Part shown: positions 59,769-64,000 of the stretch, in pieces
Position numbering within the stretch: the first letter of the stretch is position 1
Layout: the number at the start of each line of letters is the position of its first letter
IMG/VR virus record: IMGVR_UViG_3300045988_136686
Span: 1 to 64,000 of that record
Source of the DNA: a virus
Direction: 5' to 3' (one strand)
DNA length: 64,000 nucleotides
Notes under the pieces: model-generated
Databases searched by the model: none
Seen by the model: the letters and a program-made list of their open reading frames with translations, nothing else
Told to the model about the DNA's origin: nothing
Program-made: the position numbers and the translations under genes

Positions 59769-62700
59769 CTATAAATCTTTAGTATTCCTATTGACTTGTG
59801 CTATATCGGATTTTATATCAATTAATAATTTCGTATATTTTGCAATGTCTTCTAAGTAGCTATTCGTAATCACATGTTGATTAAGAATGTTATTTAGTAT
59901 AGAATTGCTATTAGTTGATACAGATAAAAGAGAATTTAGAGAGATTACGGCTGAAATCATTTGGTTTTTGATTTCTTCACCAGAAAGCTGCAACGCTGTA
60001 AACCGGCCGTTTAATTCCGTTGCTGTATCTTGTGACATGGTTTCAAAACCTCCGGCTGTCGACTTTTGTTCGGTGGTAGAACTTTCTCCCATGAGACTAT
60101 CAGCCCAACCGAATTGAGCATCTATTTCTTGTTGAAGCTGTTCAGCCATGTTGTTGATGTAATCTTGTTCCCATTGAGAAAGCACGTTGTCGGCATAAAA
60201 TTGTTGCAACTTAGTGCGTATTTCCTCCATTTTATTTGAGGATTTAATTGCTGCCTTAATGCTCTCTGTTACCATTTGTTGCATCATCTGTTTTACAACA
60301 TCTTTTGCAGATTTAGCCCTATTCTCGCCAGAAGCCCATGCATCTGCATAAGCTTCTGCAAAGTTGTCAATAGCACTTTTTAGGTCTTCACCAAATATGA
60401 CATCGATAGCTTTTTCTTTGTTATCAGAAATGAGATTGTTTATTTCGTCAATTTGATTTTCCCATTCTTTTATTCTGTCGCTATCTGTATTCTTTTTATC
60501 TTTTTCTTCTTTAATTTGATTTTGAATAAGTACTTTTTGTTGTTCTAGCAATTTATTTTGGTCTTCAATCAAGCTGGAAGCACTCTTTCCGTAAGCAGTT
60601 TCAATGGACTTGCCTAACTTTTCATACGAACGGTCAAGTGTATCTACCTGATCTTGTAATTTCTGAATCCGTTTTTCATTTTTTGCGTCGTGGATTTTTG
60701 CGATAGAGGAAGCAAGAGAGGAGACAAGACCGATGGCAGCACCAGCAGCAGAACCTATCGGTCCAAATATAGCACCTGCTTCTGCCCCTTGCATAGCTGA
60801 ATTGAGGCCGTCCATAGCCACATTGATACCTTCGGCAATGCCTGACAGTGTATCAGATCCGAAAGCCTCTCCGAGATTTGAAAATGTGTCGGAAAGGAAT
60901 TGGGCTACACTTAATACCTCACTTAATCCACTTCTTATTTCTTCAAGTCCATCTTGCAATTTTTTTGTGTTTGAACCGGCATCGAATACTTTTTTAAGAC
61001 CATTAGCTAGTTTGTTAAACCCCGTTTCAGATTGATCTGCGGAATTACGGACATTATCTATACCTTTTCTAATTCGTTCTAATTCTTCGGGAGATTTACG
61101 CAATGTGTCGAAGGTCTCTTTTGTCATACCAAATTCAAGACCTTTGTTTTCGTCCCATTCGCCTGATTGCAAGAATTGGAATGCTCGTTCAGCTTCATTA
61201 GCAATGAGACGCATATCTGCAACTGTGTGTTGACGCATATCGTCAAACAATTTACTTATGGCAGACGTAGATTTATTCGCCTCTATATCCAAATCAGATA
61301 GTGCCCTTTTTGTTTCTTCGTCAATAGACTTCTGTTCCCATTCGTTTTTGCCTACCTTACGAGATTCGCCTTGCTCAATAATAGCATTACGCTTTTCATA
61401 ATAGTTCCCGTAAGCGGCAAGATAATCGTTCATTGCGTTAATTTCATCATCGAGAATTTCTTTGGTCTGTTTATTCTTATTCTTTTCATTTAACCTATTT
61501 GCGGTATCAATATTTTCCTGTTGTTCAGTTGTTAGTCCATTCTCATTAAGCTTGGAGGGTTCAATCTTAGCTACTTTGTTTAACTCGGCCAGCTCTTTCT
61601 CTTTCTTTTTAATTTCTTTTTTCTGTTCTTCATAATAGTAGTTAATTTGCTTCAATTTCTTATCTTTACCTTCTTCCCAGAGGGAGATTTCTTTCTCTTG
61701 ATTTTTTTTACGAAGCTCAAGAAGTTCATCAACAAGTTTCTGCTCGGCCTCTTTTTGCTCTTTTGCTTGCTTATCTTCAGCCGCTTTATCAGATTTGGTT
61801 TTAGGCAGCTTTGCACGGAGTGCGTCAATTCGTGATTGTAACGCATTGTATTCCTTGCTTCCGCTTACGGTTTCTCCCTGCTCTTTCTCTAATTTTGAGA
61901 TTTGTGTTTTGACTTCATTGATTACTCTCAAATCTTTCTCACGTTCAAGTATAGTGTCTTGAAGCGACTTGATATAAGCTTCTTGTTGATCCACTGCTTC
62001 TTTTGTTCCGCTGCCGTCTGCAAGAGCCTTTTTTAATGATGCAAGTGAGGTTTCAGCCTTCTTGATTTCTTCTTCAAGTTGGGAGATGGATTTACCTTCG
62101 GTGGAAAATGGCTCATTTGCTGTCTGTTGAGAGGTATTTATACTTGTAACGCCAAACTTTTCACGGGCTTTTCCATCTAAATCCTCTGTTATTTTTTGCG
62201 CTTCTCGGATATTGGAGATATATGTATCAATACGTGAATCCGCAAAAATCGTACCTTTGTCTTGTATTTCATTTAGTTTGTCTTGGATCGCAGCATCCAA
62301 ATCTCTTCGTTCCAATATGGCATGGTAGATTTCTGAATAGAGTTTTGCACCTTCTTTATCTCCTAACTCGCTATATAGGCGGTCTTGTATCTTTCCGAGA
62401 TTATCGGACATTATGTTGTCCAACCAATCTTCCTGCTGCGACTTGAATTGCTGGTATTGTCTTGCCCCGTAAGAATCTGTGATTGCTTTTGTGAGTTTTT
62501 TATAAGCTTCTTCCGTGAGTCCAACCTTATTTATTTCTTCTTCGAGTCCATCATAATACTTGCTATATCCTGCAACAATTTTTTCTTTGACGGTATTATA
62601 TTCATCTGTACCTTCTTTTAATGAAGACAATTCTCCATTGAGCTTAGCAAGTTCCCTTTGCTCAGATAAGGCTGCTTTCTCAGATTCCTTTCCCGCAGCA

Positions 62701-63857
62701 TCCAGCCTTTCCAGTGCCTTTTCTGCTTCTGTTTGATAAGTGACTAATTTATAAATGCCCAAACCTAGTGCTGCTACTGCCGCTGCTACTGCGACATATG
62801 GGTTGGCAAGTAAAGTCTTGTTCAGTGCAGCTTGCGCAACTTGCAATAATTTCGTGCGAGTAGCAGCCAAAGCTTCTGCATTTGATAATGTTATTCCTGA
62901 AGCTGTTGCAAGACTTTGATTTAATGCGGACTGAGCTAATACGGCGGAATATACTTTTTGTAAAGCTGTTATAGTAATCAATGCAGCTTTATACGCTCCG
63001 TATGTTACGACGATTTCAAGCAAGGTTTTTCCGACAGTTTCATAGTTTTCTATCAAATAAGAAACGCTGGATAATGCATCATTGATAATACCTTCATTCG
63101 CTTTGCCGATGTCGTTCAACATCATCGAGAAACTATCTCCTATGTTAGAAATCTGTCCGGTAATGGTTTTGCTTTGTTCTTGCATTAAGTTAAAGAACAT
63201 ACCACCCTCGTTGGTAAGGTTCTGTATGACTTTCTGAACCTCTGGAAACCCTATCATACCAGCTTCTACCATTCCTTTGATTTCACTTTCAGCTACTCCA
63301 AATTCTTTGGCAAGTTCTTTTATCATTGGAATACCTCGTCCAGTGAATTGGTTTAGGTCCTGTGTATAAAGTCGACCTTGTGTCATAGTTGTACCATAGA
63401 GATATACTAAGTCTCCCAAAGGTTGTGAAAGTCCGGCTGCAATGTTCCCTAATCGTATAAGAGTCTCGTTAACATCTTCGGCAGAAGTACCGTAAGCCAG
63501 TAATTGACGAGCTCCATTGGCAACACCTTGTAAATCGAATGGAGTTTTGGCGGCTGTTTCTGTGAGCTGAGCCATAAGGACGTTTGCCTTTTCACTACTT
63601 CCAAGCATAGTGGTAAAGGCGACCTCTAATTGTTGAAATTCACCTCTTACTTGTATAATATTTTGGATAAGTTCTTTTGCTGTAAAGCCAGCCCCAAAAG
63701 CTGCAGCTGCTTTCGTCATTTTGTTGAACATATCTTCTATGCCCAATCCATTTTTTTCTATTTCCTTAGAAGTATTGGTTACTCCGGTTTCTACTTCTCG
63801 TAGTTTACGAAGAAAATTAGAATTGTCGCCTGTTATATCAAAATGAAGTCCGGCCAT
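59769..63857 (-). CDS. tail tape measure protein
   Basis: 1362 aa with long Ala/Lys/Glu-rich coiled-coil stretches and Gly/Ala hydrophobic segments. It is the longest gene and sits upstream of the distal tail genes. Confidence 0.85.
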   Translation of the reverse strand: MAGLHFDITGDNSNFLRKLREVETGVTNTSKEIEKNGLGIEDMFNKMTKAAAAFGAGFTAKELIQNIIQVRGEFQQLEVAFTTMLGSSEKANVLMAQLTETAAKTPFDLQGVANGARQLLAYGTSAEDVNETLIRLGNIAAGLSQPLGDLVYLYGTTMTQGRLYTQDLNQFTGRGIPMIKELAKEFGVAESEIKGMVEAGMIGFPEVQKVIQNLTNEGGMFFNLMQEQSKTITGQISNIGDSFSMMLNDIGKANEGIINDALSSVSYLIENYETVGKTLLEIVVTYGAYKAALITITALQKVYSAVLAQSALNQSLATASGITLSNAEALAATRTKLLQVAQAALNKTLLANPYVAVAAAVAALGLGIYKLVTYQTEAEKALERLDAAGKESEKAALSEQRELAKLNGELSSLKEGTDEYNTVKEKIVAGYSKYYDGLEEEINKVGLTEEAYKKLTKAITDSYGARQYQQFKSQQEDWLDNIMSDNLGKIQDRLYSELGDKEGAKLYSEIYHAILERRDLDAAIQDKLNEIQDKGTIFADSRIDTYISNIREAQKITEDLDGKAREKFGVTSINTSQQTANEPFSTEGKSISQLEEEIKKAETSLASLKKALADGSGTKEAVDQQEAYIKSLQDTILEREKDLRVINEVKTQISKLEKEQGETVSGSKEYNALQSRIDALRAKLPKTKSDKAAEDKQAKEQKEAEQKLVDELLELRKKNQEKEISLWEEGKDKKLKQINYYYEEQKKEIKKKEKELAELNKVAKIEPSKLNENGLTTEQQENIDTANRLNEKNKNKQTKEILDDEINAMNDYLAAYGNYYEKRNAIIEQGESRKVGKNEWEQKSIDEETKRALSDLDIEANKSTSAISKLFDDMRQHTVADMRLIANEAERAFQFLQSGEWDENKGLEFGMTKETFDTLRKSPEELERIRKGIDNVRNSADQSETGFNKLANGLKKVFDAGSNTKKLQDGLEEIRSGLSEVLSVAQFLSDTFSNLGEAFGSDTLSGIAEGINVAMDGLNSAMQGAEAGAIFGPIGSAAGAAIGLVSSLASSIAKIHDAKNEKRIQKLQDQVDTLDRSYEKLGKSIETAYGKSASSLIEDQNKLLEQQKVLIQNQIKEEKDKKNTDSDRIKEWENQIDEINNLISDNKEKAIDVIFGEDLKSAIDNFAEAYADAWASGENRAKSAKDVVKQMMQQMVTESIKAAIKSSNKMEEIRTKLQQFYADNVLSQWEQDYINNMAEQLQQEIDAQFGWADSLMGESSTTEQKSTAGGFETMSQDTATELNGRFTALQLSGEEIKNQMISAVISLNSLLSVSTNSNSILNNILNQHVITNSYLEDIAKYTKLLIDIKSDIAQVNRNTKDL

Positions 63858-63902
63858 GAGTCTTTTCGATTAAAGGGGGTAGATGTAACATCACATCATT
63901 TG

Positions 63903-63938
63903 CAAATATACAAAAGTGTATGAAATTCATATACTTTT
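63903..63938 (-). promoter_or_regulatory. promoter module: 27-bp palindrome (63912..63938) plus -7 box TATATTTG (63903..63910)
   Basis: Minus strand: AAAAGTATATGAATTTCATACACTTTT-g-TATATTTGCA, 46 nt upstream of the tape-measure ATG. Confidence 0.5.
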
Positions 63939-64000
63939 GATAAAATAGAATAGAGTTAATAAAGTTTAACTAATGTGTGAGTATAAATATTTTAATAAAT

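Noticed and set aside
1-64000. Global stop-codon reassignment (TAG or TGA recoding as in some Bacteroidota phages)
   Set aside because: Very long genes (1362, 1097, 893 and 692 aa) are uninterrupted in the standard code. TAA, TAG and TGA are all seen as genuine gene ends (for example 45661, 26585 and 49043).
1-64000. Prophage boundaries or host flanking genes within the window
   Set aside because: No host housekeeping gene is present, and structural genes run to both edges. The neck genes at the left edge and the tape measure at the right edge suggest the missing tail-tube region lies beyond the window. The integrase and attP candidate are internal, so the window is entirely phage.

Overview
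The whole 64-kb window is phage DNA. It looks like a temperate, siphovirus-like, Bacteroidota-type phage in its non-integrated arrangement: the integrase and a candidate attP sit in the middle, with phage genes on both sides. About 95 genes are present, almost all on the minus strand. Layout: (i) 0-7.2 kb holds neck, capsid, scaffold, RadC, TerL and TerS genes. (ii) 7.2-25 kb is accessory DNA. It carries a translationally coupled opine-dehydrogenase-like / GS-type amidoligase / ParB-Srx / ATP-grasp cassette, two tRNAs, many small ORFs and a Bro-N protein. It also carries a MuF head-morphogenesis gene (with an intein and a C-terminal ADP-ribosyltransferase domain), a DUF2829 (Tad2-like) protein and the portal. 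(iii) 25-40 kb holds nucleotide-metabolism, DNA-methylation, replication and recombination genes: DUF4406, MazG, N6/N4 and C5 methyltransferases, a DUF4373 replisome organiser with iteron-like repeats, KilA-N, a RuvC-like protein, a tRNA-like element, an LRV-repeat protein, and a YqaJ exonuclease with an SSAP. (iv) 40-45 kb is a plus-strand lysogeny/moron island with two paralogous HTH regulators, an HsdR-N-type nuclease-domain protein and a lipoprotein, next to a tyrosine integrase and the candidate attP. (v) 45-64 kb holds lysis and tail genes: M15 endolysin, a u-spanin candidate, a Panacea-domain TA-like pair, tail fibres with an S74 chaperone, and the tape measure. I saw no rRNA, CRISPR array, transposase or host housekeeping gene. 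The best candidate for an undescribed system is the four-gene amidoligase cassette at 7237-11979. Other notable signals: a 27-bp palindrome fused to Bacteroides-type -7 boxes at six operon starts; an intein splitting the MuF HPxCRC motif; a perfect 234-bp tandem triplication; a 94-bp long-range repeat; an aberrant tRNA-like element; two possible recoding sites; and a GC-rich tail-fibre recombination block. All function calls rest on motifs read by eye from the translations. No database search was run.
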